64,000 nucleotides of DNA from the NCBI GenBank assembly GCA_965248925.1, contig CBDFLE010000006.1, forward strand, positions 3,040,001 to 3,104,000, in the 5' to 3' direction. The position numbers and the translations under genes are program-made. The notes beneath the pieces are model-generated. The model was not told where the DNA came from. It did no database searches and worked only from the letters and a program-made list of their open reading frames with translations. Source of the stretch: Candidatus Multivoradales bacterium (GTDB lineage Bacteria; Acidobacteriota; Thermoanaerobaculia; Multivoradales; J023). Shown piece after piece: positions 49,311 to 59,963 of the stretch (position 1 is the stretch's first letter; the number at the start of each line of letters is the position of its first letter).

Positions 49311-49326
49311 AGGAGGCTCCGCCTGG

Positions 49327-49716
49327 CTAGCTGGGCTCGAACAGCGCCGCCACGGCGCCGGCCGGGTCACGGATCACGCAGTAGCGGCCGTGGCCGCTCA
49401 CTTCTTTGGCGTCGGCGATGATCTCACCGCCACGGTCGGTGACCTCGGCCATGCTGGTGTCGAGATCGTCGACAGTGATGTAGATCAGCCACAGAGACGG
49501 CAGGCCGGCATTGCCACCCCGGGCATGGCAGACGCCGGTGGTGGGGGTGCCGGTGGTGGGAGTGCTCATGGTGTAGTCGTTGTAGTCGCCCATGCTGGTC
49601 GGTTCGGCTTTCCAGCCGACCACCGCGCCGTAGAAGTCACGTAGCTGGTCGGCATTGTCGACCGTCAGATCGATCCAGCCGATGGTTCCGGCCTCGGGTT
49701 TCTTGGCGTCGCTCAT
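49327..49716 (-). CDS. VOC/glyoxalase family protein
   Basis: GWIDLTV, FYGAVVGW, WLIYITVDDLD and IRDPAGA. Confidence 0.9.
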   Translation of the reverse strand: MSDAKKPEAGTIGWIDLTVDNADQLRDFYGAVVGWKAEPTSMGDYNDYTMSTPTTGTPTTGVCHARGGNAGLPSLWLIYITVDDLDTSMAEVTDRGGEIIADAKEVSGHGRYCVIRDPAGAVAALFEPS

Positions 49717-49743
49717 GGGGTTGATTCTCCTCGGTGGGTAGGG

Positions 49744-50532
49744 TCAGATGTCGTCGTGGTGATTTTCCATCTCGTGCAGGCGATCTTCTAACTCTAGTTC
49801 AATTCGCGCTTCGAGTTCTCGGAGTCGTTCCTGGAGTTCGCCCATCCGCTCTTCGAGGCCGCTGGCTTCGACTTCTTTGAAGTACCGCAGCCGCTCGCCG
49901 AGATTCTGCTCTTCGAGGGCTCGGCTAGCTTCGCTCATCGCCTTCTCCATCAGCTCTCTGCTGACTTCTATATTCGGCAGAGCGCGAACAGTTTCCAGGC
50001 GCTCGAAAATCCCACTCATGTCGAGGGCCAAGGGGTGCCCCGAGCGTTCGGCCAGCTCGGCGCTAGTGCTGTCGGCACGGCCCTCGCGGACGTAGGCTAT
50101 CTCGACGTTGTCACCGCCTTGTTTGCGGCGGATCAGTCGGGCTAGGCCCGAAGATGACTTCACCGGCTCACCGTCCACGGCGGTGATCACGTCGCCGACC
50201 CGTAGACCCGCACGCTCGGCGGCAGAGTCTGACTGCACTTTGCCGACCAGCAAGCCGGAATCCTCAGGGGCCTTGAAGAAAGTGCGCAGCTCGGCGGTCA
50301 TCGAAGTGGTTTCGACGCCCAGGAAACCGCCGCCGGTAAGGCTGCGCAGCAGGTACTTGGCGCAATCCGCTTCGTCACCATCACATTGCACTTGCAGTTG
50401 TTGGGGGAATAGGAGTTCGAACCTGGTTGCTTCGTCATCGTCGTCGGCCCAGGCCAGGGTGGGAAGGAGCAGGCTTAGAGCCAACAAGATCAACCAGGGG
50501 TGGATGCTGGAAGGTTGGGCTTGGATTCTCAT
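49744..50532 (-). CDS. Secreted PDZ-domain protein with C-terminal coiled coil
   Basis: Signal peptide ending AWA, GFLGVE and DSAAERAGLRVGDVITAVDG; no protease domain. Confidence 0.85.
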   Translation of the reverse strand: MRIQAQPSSIHPWLILLALSLLLPTLAWADDDDEATRFELLFPQQLQVQCDGDEADCAKYLLRSLTGGGFLGVETTSMTAELRTFFKAPEDSGLLVGKVQSDSAAERAGLRVGDVITAVDGEPVKSSSGLARLIRRKQGGDNVEIAYVREGRADSTSAELAERSGHPLALDMSGIFERLETVRALPNIEVSRELMEKAMSEASRALEEQNLGERLRYFKEVEASGLEERMGELQERLRELEARIELELEDRLHEMENHHDDI

Positions 50533-50576
50533 TTGTGATTCTCCGCGGCGGTTAGTGGGTGTTCTCTCACCCCGTT

Positions 50577-50604
50577 ATAACGCTCGATCGTTGGCTCGGT
50601 TCCC
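50577..50604 (-). promoter_or_regulatory. ECF-sigma promoter upstream of the PDZ gene
   Basis: GGGAAC-N16-CGTTAT on the minus strand. Confidence 0.75.
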
Positions 50605-50634
50605 GGCAGCGCCAGGGATGGCAGCTTGCTGGAC

Positions 50635-51093
50635 TCAGAAAAGTCTGTCGCCGCGCTCGACGGCGGACTGTGGACGGACGCCCGCCGTCCCATCATCGTG
50701 GGCCAAGACGATCGACGACTCCTGGCGACCGGAGCGCAGTTTTTGCAGGCGGCCCAGATCGAGCACCAGATCGACTTGCTCGTCGCCGCCAAGGTGCAAG
50801 AGCGGGCGTGCTTGGCGGGCCAACACGGCCAGCTCTCGCGACAGTTGACGATGCTCGGCCTGTAGCACCAGCAGGCGCTCGGTACTGGCCACAGCGCGCC
50901 GGGATTCGACCCCCCGCTGGAGGAGTGCGCCGCCGATCAAGGTCGCCGCTAGCATGGCGGCAAATGCCAACCACAGGGGGCCGCGACGGGGCTCTTGGGG
51001 TTCGAGTCGGCGCAGGACGCCGGCGGTGAAACCCTCTGAGGCGCGCTCTCGGGGCAGCGCTTGCAGCGCTTCTCGCAAGCTGTCGTCGTGCAT
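50635..51093 (-). CDS. Putative single-pass anti-sigma factor
   Basis: Directly after the ECF sigma; LPRERASEGFTAGVLRRL followed by a TM segment and short extracytoplasmic region. Confidence 0.7.
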   Translation of the reverse strand: MHDDSLREALQALPRERASEGFTAGVLRRLEPQEPRRGPLWLAFAAMLAATLIGGALLQRGVESRRAVASTERLLVLQAEHRQLSRELAVLARQARPLLHLGGDEQVDLVLDLGRLQKLRSGRQESSIVLAHDDGTAGVRPQSAVERGDRLF

Positions 51094-51096
51094 CGT

Positions 51097-51744
51097 TCAG
51101 GTTCCTTCGTGCCAAAAGGGGGCAAGGGCCTGGCGTAGGCGTTGCTTGCCGCGGTGAATGCGCGATTTTACCGTGCCTTCGGAGAGTTCCAACACGGTAG
51201 CGATTTCGCAGTAGGGCAAGCAGTCAATCTCGCGCAGGATCAAAGGGGCGCGAAACTTGACCTCAAGCTGGGCGATCGCCTGGGAGACTCGTTGGCCGGT
51301 CTCATTTTCTAGCAGGCGCTGGCTGGCGACGCTCTTCTCGATCGTCCGCTGCGAACCGCGGTAAATCGGTTCGAGTAATCGCCAGCGCCGCTTCCGGCGT
51401 TCTTCGCTGCGCACCAGATTAGTGGCGACGCGAAAAAGAAAGGCAGCCAGGTGGCCTTGGTCGCGAAAGCGGTCAAGGTTGACGTACAGCCGCACGAAGG
51501 TTTCCTGAGCCAGGTCTTCAGCCCGATCACGGCAGCCCACCATGCGGGTCAAGTAGTTCACCAGGCGATCTTTGTGGCGGTCGACCAACTCGGCGAAGGC
51601 TTGGCTGTCTCCCGCTCGGCAGTGTCGCAGAAGTTCTGCTTCAGCCCGGTGTTCGGCGCCCTGTTCGGCCCTGGGCTCATCGTTGTGCCCGCCGTGGGCA
51701 GCGGCCAGCGGTTGGGCTAGGAATATGGGCTCGGCGGCTTCCAT
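51097..51744 (-). CDS. ECF RNA polymerase sigma factor (SigW/RpoE-like)
   Basis: AEDLAQETFVR (region 2) and YCEIATVLELSEGTVKSRIHRGK (region 4). Confidence 0.93.
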   Translation of the reverse strand: MEAAEPIFLAQPLAAAHGGHNDEPRAEQGAEHRAEAELLRHCRAGDSQAFAELVDRHKDRLVNYLTRMVGCRDRAEDLAQETFVRLYVNLDRFRDQGHLAAFLFRVATNLVRSEERRKRRWRLLEPIYRGSQRTIEKSVASQRLLENETGQRVSQAIAQLEVKFRAPLILREIDCLPYCEIATVLELSEGTVKSRIHRGKQRLRQALAPFWHEGT

Positions 51745-51765
51745 CGATTACTTTCTCCGACCCTC

Positions 51766-51793
51766 ATAACGCTCCAGGCTGGCCGAAGTTCCC
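51766..51793 (-). promoter_or_regulatory. Autoregulatory ECF-sigma promoter
   Basis: GGGAAC-N16-CGTTAT on the minus strand, ending about 21 bp upstream of the sigma ATG. Confidence 0.75.
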
Positions 51794-51810
51794 GCGATTT
51801 AGCTAGCGGC

Positions 51811-52587
<777 letters not shown>

Positions 52588-52599
52588 CTCAACCTCCGC

Positions 52600-53349
52600 T
52601 CAGTCACGCTCGAACTCCATCGTCAACTGGCAGAAGGCCGCCACCGGACTGCCGTCGAGTCGCGCCGGTTTGAAGGGGTGGATTTTGCGCACCGCTCGCA
52701 ACACGGCGTAAATCATCACCGGGTGGGCTTGTGGGTCGATCATCACCGGCCAGGTCAGCTGGCCCGTGGGAGCGACCACGACCTCTACTTTGACCGGCGC
52801 GTGCAGGGCATCGCGGGCGGCGGTGTTGGTCAAGACCACCGTCGGTTCTTGCCGGGAACGTTCGAAGGGGTGGTAGGCGCGGGTGAAGGGGGAGCGGGCA
52901 ATGAAGACCCCGTCGGGGGCTTTGTGCAAGGGCCGAGGGGGATGCTCGAAGAGCACCCCGACGGCGTTGCCGTAGGGCAATAGTTCGTCGCGCTCAATAC
53001 GGCGACCCAGGTTGCGAGCCGTGTCGAGCAGCCACCAAGCGTCGTCTTGCCGACCTTGGTTGGCATAGGCAATCGCCTGGTAGAGAGCCAGCTCGGCCAG
53101 TTCCCGGCGCAGCGCCTGTGGGTGCTGCCAACCGTGGGTGAGAATTTCGCGCACCGTGCGCTCGGCACTCTTCCCGGCCCGCTTCCACTGGCCACGGAGC
53201 AGCAGCTCGTCGACCTGGCCCACGGCGGAAGTCCACTGGGTGGTCGGTTGACCGGGCTGAGCCCCAAGCGTGTTGCCGGCGAAGGCGAGCAGCAGGCTGG
53301 CGACAAGGCCGAGTCCACGATGGCTCTTGCAGTGGGTTGAGGTCGGCAT
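52600..53349 (-). CDS. Secreted protein with TonB C-terminal-like domain
   Basis: Signal-like N-terminus, helical middle, VKVEVVVAPTG...AVRKIHPFKPARLDGSPV. Confidence 0.7.
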   Translation of the reverse strand: MPTSTHCKSHRGLGLVASLLLAFAGNTLGAQPGQPTTQWTSAVGQVDELLLRGQWKRAGKSAERTVREILTHGWQHPQALRRELAELALYQAIAYANQGRQDDAWWLLDTARNLGRRIERDELLPYGNAVGVLFEHPPRPLHKAPDGVFIARSPFTRAYHPFERSRQEPTVVLTNTAARDALHAPVKVEVVVAPTGQLTWPVMIDPQAHPVMIYAVLRAVRKIHPFKPARLDGSPVAAFCQLTMEFERD

Positions 53350-53372
53350 GCCGGGTGGGTTTGTTGAAGGAG

Positions 53373-54170
53373 TTAGTGTTCGCTGCGCTGCAGTTGGTCG
53401 AGGACGATTTTGCCGACTCCCGGCATCTCGCCGCGCAGCGGAATGCCTAGTTTTTCGTCGAGCCACCAACGGGTGACCGTGCCGGCAAGCTGAAACTCTA
53501 CCAAACGGCTGCTGAAGGTGTCGCCACCGATTTCGATCGGCCGTTCGCCCAGGGCCTCGCAATGTCGCTGGTCGAGATAGCCGGTGGCGCGCTCGGCGCC
53601 GCCAAGGTGGAAAACCGAGAAAGTGCCGGACGTTCCGTGCTGGAGCCAGCTGCGGCCAGCTTGCAGTACCGTCGGGGTGGTCAGGCTGGCACCCGCGGGT
53701 AGCGCGACGGTCTGGTGCACGATGCCGGTGTCGTTGCCACGGGTTGTCGAGGTCAAGATACCTTCAATCAGAGAGTGGCGGGTGCGCGAATGACGGCCAT
53801 CCTGCCGGCGAGTGATCTCGACGAAGGTGGTTTCGCCGCTAGCTTCTTCGCGCTGCCAGATTTCGAGCGTGGCCGCGCCACGGTGGCGGATGGTGTGCAG
53901 CAAGCGTCCGCCTTCCTCAGTGTGCCACAGGCGCCAGACCTCATCGCCAAGCTGCTGGCCGCCGGGGTCGAGGATGCGGTAGCGACCGCTGGCAATCTGC
54001 TCGCCTCGCCGCCAGCGGCCTTCATGGGGCGGCAGCTGCTGATCGAGAATCGCCGCCAGGTCGGCTTCCACGCTCTCCCCCGCCGGGGTCTCGACAATGC
54101 GGCCGAATTCCCTGGCCGCAGATCCGTGGGATGTCGCCGTGGGAAGACCCGTGGCGACCGGCAGATGCAA
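53373..54170 (-). CDS. Hypothetical beta-rich protein
   Basis: 265-aa ORF co-oriented with its neighbours; no family recognised. Confidence 0.55.
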   Translation of the reverse strand: MHLPVATGLPTATSHGSAAREFGRIVETPAGESVEADLAAILDQQLPPHEGRWRRGEQIASGRYRILDPGGQQLGDEVWRLWHTEEGGRLLHTIRHRGAATLEIWQREEASGETTFVEITRRQDGRHSRTRHSLIEGILTSTTRGNDTGIVHQTVALPAGASLTTPTVLQAGRSWLQHGTSGTFSVFHLGGAERATGYLDQRHCEALGERPIEIGGDTFSSRLVEFQLAGTVTRWWLDEKLGIPLRGEMPGVGKIVLDQLQRSEH

Positions 54171-54258
54171 AGAATCCTAGACTCTGCGGCGCCTCCAAGC
54201 AGTCACCGGGAGTCGTTTTGCCGCACCCTTACAGGCTCTTCTTGGTTGCTGGACCGGC

Positions 54259-55599
54259 TCAATCTCTGGTGGGGTGCGCGGCCAGGTAGGACTCTAGATA
54301 GCGAAAGTCGGGGGTTAGCTGGCCGCGGTGGGTGACGGTGGCGCCGAGGATCTCAGGGGGTAGGTCGAGTTCGGCGAAGGGGCGGCCGTAGTCGGCGGCG
54401 GCGATCTGTGGCACGAAACGGGTGAGCGCCTGACTAAACTGCTGGGAGGCTTCGCGAGGCAGCTCACAAGGTAGGTTGTCGACCGCCAGTACGACGATGC
54501 CACGGCCGTGAAGGCCATCGCTGGGCAGGCCACTGATCGGGTCATAGACGAAAATCGGATTGTCGGTCTCGGTCACTTTGTGGGTGAACTCGATGCCTCC
54601 TTCGATGTCGCAGGACAGATCGGCGACTAGACGCAGCCGGCGGTGGCCAGCGCGCCACTGTTCACCGACCATTTCGCGGGTGACCAGCTTGGGCTGTGCG
54701 TCGGTCCAGTAGATGGCGTTGACCAGCAGGGTGAGGTGAGGCAGGTAGGGGCCGAGGCCAGAGACGTAGCGCTGCGGTTGAGCGGTGTAGTCGGCGCAGT
54801 CGAAACTTTGCTCTGTTCCGGCTGTGGAGTCACTGCCTTTACTTTTCAGGCTGTGCTGCTTGTCGAAAACCACTTTGATCAGCCGGTCGCGGATCCGCCG
54901 ACCGCCGGCCACCGTGTCGGCCAGTTCCTGCGCCGCGACTTCGTCGCTGGGGAGCAGGTCGAGGATCTCTTGTGCGCCTTGGCTGACGCTGCCGCCACCG
55001 ATGAATCCCACCACCAGCGGCGGGTCTTGCAGATCGATGCCACGGCGCACCGCGGCGCCTACTTCGGCGATCCCTTCTTTGGCCTGCTCCAGGCTGTCGT
55101 ATTGCCAGGCTGCGCGAATCTGCTCAAGGGGAGTGCGAAACCCCTCCCAGGCTAGCCGTTGGCCGAGGTGATGCAGGCCGTCGATCATCCCCGCTTGGCC
55201 GGCCTCGCGGCCGAAGAGCACCAGTCGCCGGCCGTCAGCATCGACAATCCTCTCGTAGTCGATCAGCGTCGCTTCGAGATCGAGCAGCCGTTGGAGCAAT
55301 GGCATGTTGTAACTCTGACCTTTGATGGTGTGGGAGAAGAAGACATAGGTACGCTGGCGGCGCAGCTCCTCTAACGGAATATCTTTGACTCCCAGGATCA
55401 CCTGGCAGGCGTCCAGGCGGTCGGCGATCACGGCGTTGGCGGTGCGGTAGGCATCGTCGTCGAAAACCCGAGTAGGCGAAGTCTGCACGACCACGCTGAG
55501 GCCCGCCGCGCTCAGCCGGGCGACGTCGTCGGGCACTAGCGGAGCGCGCCTCTCCCAGCGATTCTTGGTCTCGTGACGAATTCCAATTCGGACACTCAT
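54259..55599 (-). CDS. Lysine-ketoglutarate reductase/saccharopine dehydrogenase family (AlaDh/PNT-like fold)
   Basis: GIRHETKNRWERRAPL, FFSHTIKGQSYNM, LIDYE, NAIYW, DLSCD and VDNLPCELP. Confidence 0.88.
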   Translation of the reverse strand: MSVRIGIRHETKNRWERRAPLVPDDVARLSAAGLSVVVQTSPTRVFDDDAYRTANAVIADRLDACQVILGVKDIPLEELRRQRTYVFFSHTIKGQSYNMPLLQRLLDLEATLIDYERIVDADGRRLVLFGREAGQAGMIDGLHHLGQRLAWEGFRTPLEQIRAAWQYDSLEQAKEGIAEVGAAVRRGIDLQDPPLVVGFIGGGSVSQGAQEILDLLPSDEVAAQELADTVAGGRRIRDRLIKVVFDKQHSLKSKGSDSTAGTEQSFDCADYTAQPQRYVSGLGPYLPHLTLLVNAIYWTDAQPKLVTREMVGEQWRAGHRRLRLVADLSCDIEGGIEFTHKVTETDNPIFVYDPISGLPSDGLHGRGIVVLAVDNLPCELPREASQQFSQALTRFVPQIAAADYGRPFAELDLPPEILGATVTHRGQLTPDFRYLESYLAAHPTRD

Positions 55600-55655
55600 G
55601 AGGCTCTTCCAGAGGATTCAAGAGGGGTTCAAAGAGGCTCAATCCAAGAGGCTCA
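55600..55655. repeat. Degenerate direct repeats with an (A)GAGG core in the tlpA-LKR spacer
   Basis: GAGGCTCTTCC/AGAGGATTCA/AGAGGGGTTCA/AAGAGGCTCA/AAGAGGCTCA. Confidence 0.6.
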
Positions 55656-55663
55656 TGCAGGGT

Positions 55664-56998
55664 TCAGCTAGGGCTCTGCTCGTCGAGCAGGGCTTCGATC
55701 AAGCCCTCTAACTCGGCCACCAGACGGCGATGGTGCAGGCCGGTTCCGGGGCCCGAAAAGCCGCTGTGAATGCGCCGTGCCTTGCCGTCGCGGCCGATGA
55801 AGATCGAGGTCGGGTAGGCCACCACCCGGTCGAGGTCGGGCAGGGTGGCGGCGGCGCCCGTCTTGTCGTTGGTGCCGGCTAGCAGCAGCGGATAGTCAAT
55901 CTCGTGCCGACTGGCAAAACGTCGCAACATCTCGCGATCGCGTTCCGGCCGGCCGGTGAATTCGTAGGCCAGGCCGACGATTTGCAAGCCGCGCTCGCCG
56001 TAACGCCGTTGCCACTCGGCCAGCAGTGGCGCCTCGTCGTTGCAGTTCGGGCACCAGGTGCCGAAGATGTTAACCAGCACCACCTTATCGCTGAAACGCT
56101 CATCGTCTTGGTCGACGATGGCACCGTCGAGGTCGGGAAAGGCAAAGCGGAAGCGGCCTTCGTCATGGGTCAGTCCGGCCAGGCTCCAAGCATCGGGTAG
56201 GACTTCTTCGCCGTCGCCAAGCGGCCGCGCCGTCCAGCTGGCGTGGTAGGTGTCGCGAGACCAAAAATCGCCCACCAAGGAGCCGTCTTGCTGGCTGCGG
56301 GCGTGGAACAAGAAGGCATGGGCGCCATCGAAGGTCGAGAGGCGCAGCAGGCCGTCCTGGTAGCTGCCGACCAAGAAGCGATAGTCGCCGGTCGGAGTCA
56401 AGACGGTGCCTTCGACCGCGGCCCCGGTCTGGCGTAATTCGATCCTTGCCGGTTCGCTGCCGTCCTCGTCGCTGAACTCTGCTCGCCAGTGGCCGGCGAC
56501 CGACCCGATAGCCGCGTTGCCCGTTTCGAGACCTTGGGTCGAAGGGGGTAGAAAGCGAGCTGTTGCTTGATGATCGGCGCCGTCGCGGGTAGCGACAAAA
56601 GACAGCGTCGAATCGCCACCGCCCGCGGCAGTCTTACGCCAGCGGCCGACCCATTGCTCTTGGTCGTTGAGTTCGGCGGTAATCTCGGAGTCATAAACGT
56701 CGAAATGCAAAACTAGCCGCCGGCCCTCAAGTTCAACCCGTGACAGCGGCAGTTCTTCGGTGCCGTTGACAATGGTGGCGGTTAGTTCGCCAGGCTCTCC
56801 GTGTTCGCCGCGCTGGCGGCTGAAGCGCAATTCGAAAGGAAGTTCGCCGCCGGGTGAGTCGAGCACCGCCCGCCAGCTACCGCTGAGTTCGGGTGCTGGT
56901 GGGGGTGCCGAGCTCGAGTCGCCGCAGGCAGCTGTCAAGAGCAACAATAGGGAAGCTAGCCGAAGCCGAGCCGCGGTGGGCGAGGGACTCTTGATCAT
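55664..56998 (-). CDS. TlpA-family thiol-disulfide oxidoreductase lipoprotein
   Basis: Lipobox TAAC, two N-terminal beta domains, GTWCPNC and AYPT. Confidence 0.88.
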   Translation of the reverse strand: MIKSPSPTAARLRLASLLLLLTAACGDSSSAPPPAPELSGSWRAVLDSPGGELPFELRFSRQRGEHGEPGELTATIVNGTEELPLSRVELEGRRLVLHFDVYDSEITAELNDQEQWVGRWRKTAAGGGDSTLSFVATRDGADHQATARFLPPSTQGLETGNAAIGSVAGHWRAEFSDEDGSEPARIELRQTGAAVEGTVLTPTGDYRFLVGSYQDGLLRLSTFDGAHAFLFHARSQQDGSLVGDFWSRDTYHASWTARPLGDGEEVLPDAWSLAGLTHDEGRFRFAFPDLDGAIVDQDDERFSDKVVLVNIFGTWCPNCNDEAPLLAEWQRRYGERGLQIVGLAYEFTGRPERDREMLRRFASRHEIDYPLLLAGTNDKTGAAATLPDLDRVVAYPTSIFIGRDGKARRIHSGFSGPGTGLHHRRLVAELEGLIEALLDEQSPS

Positions 56999-57128
56999 GG
57001 TCCCATTCTAACCCCTTTACCGGCCTGGCGGGACTTCTTCCATGGCTGCTCCGAGCCGTGGTGGAGCGTGGTGTAAGCTAGGTGGGTTCCAAAGAACTAC
57101 CCATCGAGAGTCAAGGGAGGCGTTGCCT

Positions 57129-57596
57129 GTGGGTCAGAAGATAAGCGTCGAGGTCAACGGCGAAACCTACGCGAGAGAAGTTGAACCGCGGCTATTGCTG
57201 GTTCATTTTCTGCGCGACGAACTGGGTTTGACCGGCACCAATGTCGGTTGTGAGACCAGCCTGTGTGGAGCTTGTACGGTTCATGTCGACGGCCAAGCGG
57301 TGAAGAGCTGCACCCAACTAGCGGTGCAGGCCGACGGCGCGGCGATCACCACCATCGAGGGTCTTGCTGATGGCGATCAGCTACATCCGCTGCAGCAAGC
57401 GTTCTGGGACGAGCATGGCCTGCAATGTGGCTACTGCACGCCGGGCATGATCATGGCCGCGGCCGATCTTCTGGCCAACAATCCCCATCCTGATGAGCAG
57501 GCCATTCGCCAGGGACTCAAAGGCAATGTTTGTCGCTGCACCGGCTACCACAACATCGTCAAAGCGGTGCAGCGAGCGGCGGGAGGTGAAGGGTGA
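57129..57596 (+). CDS. coxS: 2Fe-2S small subunit of a molybdenum hydroxylase (CoxS/CutS)
   Basis: [20 protein letters not shown] and NVCRCTGY; GTG at 57129 after GGGAGG. Confidence 0.92.
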   Translation: MGQKISVEVNGETYAREVEPRLLLVHFLRDELGLTGTNVGCETSLCGACTVHVDGQAVKSCTQLAVQADGAAITTIEGLADGDQLHPLQQAFWDEHGLQCGYCTPGMIMAAADLLANNPHPDEQAIRQGLKGNVCRCTGYHNIVKAVQRAAGGEG

Positions 57597-59959
57597 GCGG
57601 CATCATTGGCAGTTCCATCAAGCGGCGTGAAGATCCCGAGCTGATCACCGGCGAGGGCCTCTACACCGACGATCTAAAACGCCCCGGCATGCTCTTCGCG
57701 GCGATTGTTCGCAGCCCCTACGCCCATGCCCGTATTCTCAGCATCGACACTTCGGCGGCCTCGGCTTTGCCGGGAGTGGTCGCGGTTTACACCGGTGCTG
57801 ATCTACGCCCCGCGGGTGCTGCGGGCGGCTTGATTCCCACCGGTTGGTTGCTGCCCGACATCAAGACTCCGGACCATCCGATCCTGGCCACCGAGAAGGT
57901 GCGCTACGTCGGCGACGGGGTGGCGGTGGTAGTCGCCGAGGGTCGCTACGTCGCTCGTGACGCGATGGATCTGGTGGAGGTCGACTACGAGCCGCTTGAG
58001 GCGGCGGTCGACCCGCGCGCCACCACCGAAGAAGGGGCGCCGCGGATCCATGCCGAGGCGCCGAACAACATCTCCTTCGACTGGGATTTGGGCGACGCAG
58101 AGAAGACCGAGGCTGCTTTCGCCGTCGCCACCAAGACGGCGCGACTCGACCTGCGCAACAACCGGTTGATTCCCCACGCCATCGAGCCGCGGGCGGCTTT
58201 GGCCGAGTGGAATGCCCGCAAGGGTGAGCTGACCCTGCACTTGACGACGCAGAATCCCCACCTACATCGGCTGCTAATGACCTTGGCCTCGATGGGCTTG
58301 CCCGAGCACAAGATGCGCATCGTGGCGCCAGAAGTGGGAGGCGGCTTTGGCTCCAAGATCCATCACTACCCGGATGAGGCGATCACCTGCTGGTGCGCCA
58401 TTCGCCTCGGCCGACCGGTGAAGTGGACGGCGACGCGGTCAGAGACCAACCTCACCGACGCCCACGGTCGCGACCACGTTTCGGTAGCTGAAATCGCTCT
58501 CGACGACGACGGCAAGATCCTCGGCCTACGAGTCGCGACCTGGGCCGCCATGGGCGCCTACCTGTCGACTTTTGCGCCGGCGGTGCCGACCTGGCTCTAC
58601 GGCACCCTGATGTCGGGTCAGTACGATATTCCGGCGATCTACGTGCATGTGTTCGGCACCTTCACCAACACTGCGCCGGTCGATGCCTACCGTGGCGCCG
58701 GGCGCCCCGAGGCGACCTTTGTGGTCGAACGCCTGCTCGATGCGGCGGCCGAAGTCTGCGACCTCGATCCGGTCGAGATCCGCCGCCGCAACTTCATCGG
58801 TCCCAACGATTTCCCCTACGCCACCCAGGTGGCGCTGGAATACGATAGCGGCAACTATGAGCCGGCCCTCGACCGGGCGCTCGAGATGGCAGGGTATGTC
58901 GAGCTGCGCCGAGAGCAAGAGCGGCGGCGGGCCGCCGGCGGCAAATTGCTCGGCATCGGCCTGGCGAGCTACATCGAAGCCTGCGGCTTGGCCCCTTCGC
59001 AAGTGGTGGGCGCCTTGGGCGCTCAGGCCGGTCTGTGGGAGAGCGCCAAGATTCGCGTTCACCCCAGCGGCGTGGTGACCGTCTACACCGGTACCTCGGC
59101 CCATGGCCAAGGGCACCACACCACCTTCGCCCAGATCGTTGCCGACCGCCTAGGCGTCGATGTCGACCAAGTCCAGGTGGTGCATGGGGACACTCACAGC
59201 GTGCAATTCGGCATGGGCACCTACGGTAGCCGTTCGGCGGCGGTCGGTGGTAGTGCCATCGCCGAAGCGGCCGACAAGGTGATCGTCAAAGCGAAAAAGA
59301 TCGCCGCCCACCTGCTCGAAGCGTCTGCCGAAGACATCGAATTCGAAGGCGGTGAGTTCCGCGTCAAGGGGGTGCCGGCGAAGACCCAGGCCTGGGGGGA
59401 TGTGGTCTTGCAGGCATATCTGGCGCACGATATGCCCGAAGGGCTCGAACCGGGGCTGGAAGAGACCTCGTTCTACGATCCGTCGAACTTCGTTTATCCC
59501 TTCGGTACTCATATTGCGGTGGTCGAGATCGATGCCGAGACCGGCGAGGTCGAGCTGCTGCGATATATCGCGGTCGACGATTGTGGCAATGTGATCAACC
59601 CGATGATTGTCGATGGCCAGGTCCACGGTGGCGTCGCCCAGGGTATTGGCCAGGCCCTGTGGGAGGGGGCGGTCTACGACGACGCTGGCCAGCTGCTCAC
59701 CGGAACCATGCTCGACTACGCCCTGCCCCGAGCGCACCAGCTGGTGTCGTTCGAGACCGACCGCACGGTCACCCCGTGTCCGCACAACCCCCTCGGGGTC
59801 AAGGGCATTGGCGAGGCGGGTGCGATCGCTTCGCCAGCGGCGGTCACCAACGCGGTGGTCGATGCCCTCAAGCACAAAGGGGTCACTAACTTGGATATGC
59901 CCCACACCGCCGAGCGGGTGTGGCGAGCGATGAACTCCGCCAGCCAGGGTGGGAGGTAG
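57593..59959 (+). CDS. coxL: Molybdopterin large subunit, form II CoxL-like (xanthine dehydrogenase family)
   Basis: [27 protein letters not shown] and KGIGEAG. Confidence 0.9.
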   Translation: MSGIIGSSIKRREDPELITGEGLYTDDLKRPGMLFAAIVRSPYAHARILSIDTSAASALPGVVAVYTGADLRPAGAAGGLIPTGWLLPDIKTPDHPILATEKVRYVGDGVAVVVAEGRYVARDAMDLVEVDYEPLEAAVDPRATTEEGAPRIHAEAPNNISFDWDLGDAEKTEAAFAVATKTARLDLRNNRLIPHAIEPRAALAEWNARKGELTLHLTTQNPHLHRLLMTLASMGLPEHKMRIVAPEVGGGFGSKIHHYPDEAITCWCAIRLGRPVKWTATRSETNLTDAHGRDHVSVAEIALDDDGKILGLRVATWAAMGAYLSTFAPAVPTWLYGTLMSGQYDIPAIYVHVFGTFTNTAPVDAYRGAGRPEATFVVERLLDAAAEVCDLDPVEIRRRNFIGPNDFPYATQVALEYDSGNYEPALDRALEMAGYVELRREQERRRAAGGKLLGIGLASYIEACGLAPSQVVGALGAQAGLWESAKIRVHPSGVVTVYTGTSAHGQGHHTTFAQIVADRLGVDVDQVQVVHGDTHSVQFGMGTYGSRSAAVGGSAIAEAADKVIVKAKKIAAHLLEASAEDIEFEGGEFRVKGVPAKTQAWGDVVLQAYLAHDMPEGLEPGLEETSFYDPSNFVYPFGTHIAVVEIDAETGEVELLRYIAVDDCGNVINPMIVDGQVHGGVAQGIGQALWEGAVYDDAGQLLTGTMLDYALPRAHQLVSFETDRTVTPCPHNPLGVKGIGEAGAIASPAAVTNAVVDALKHKGVTNLDMPHTAERVWRAMNSASQGGR

Positions 59960-59963
59960 AGAG

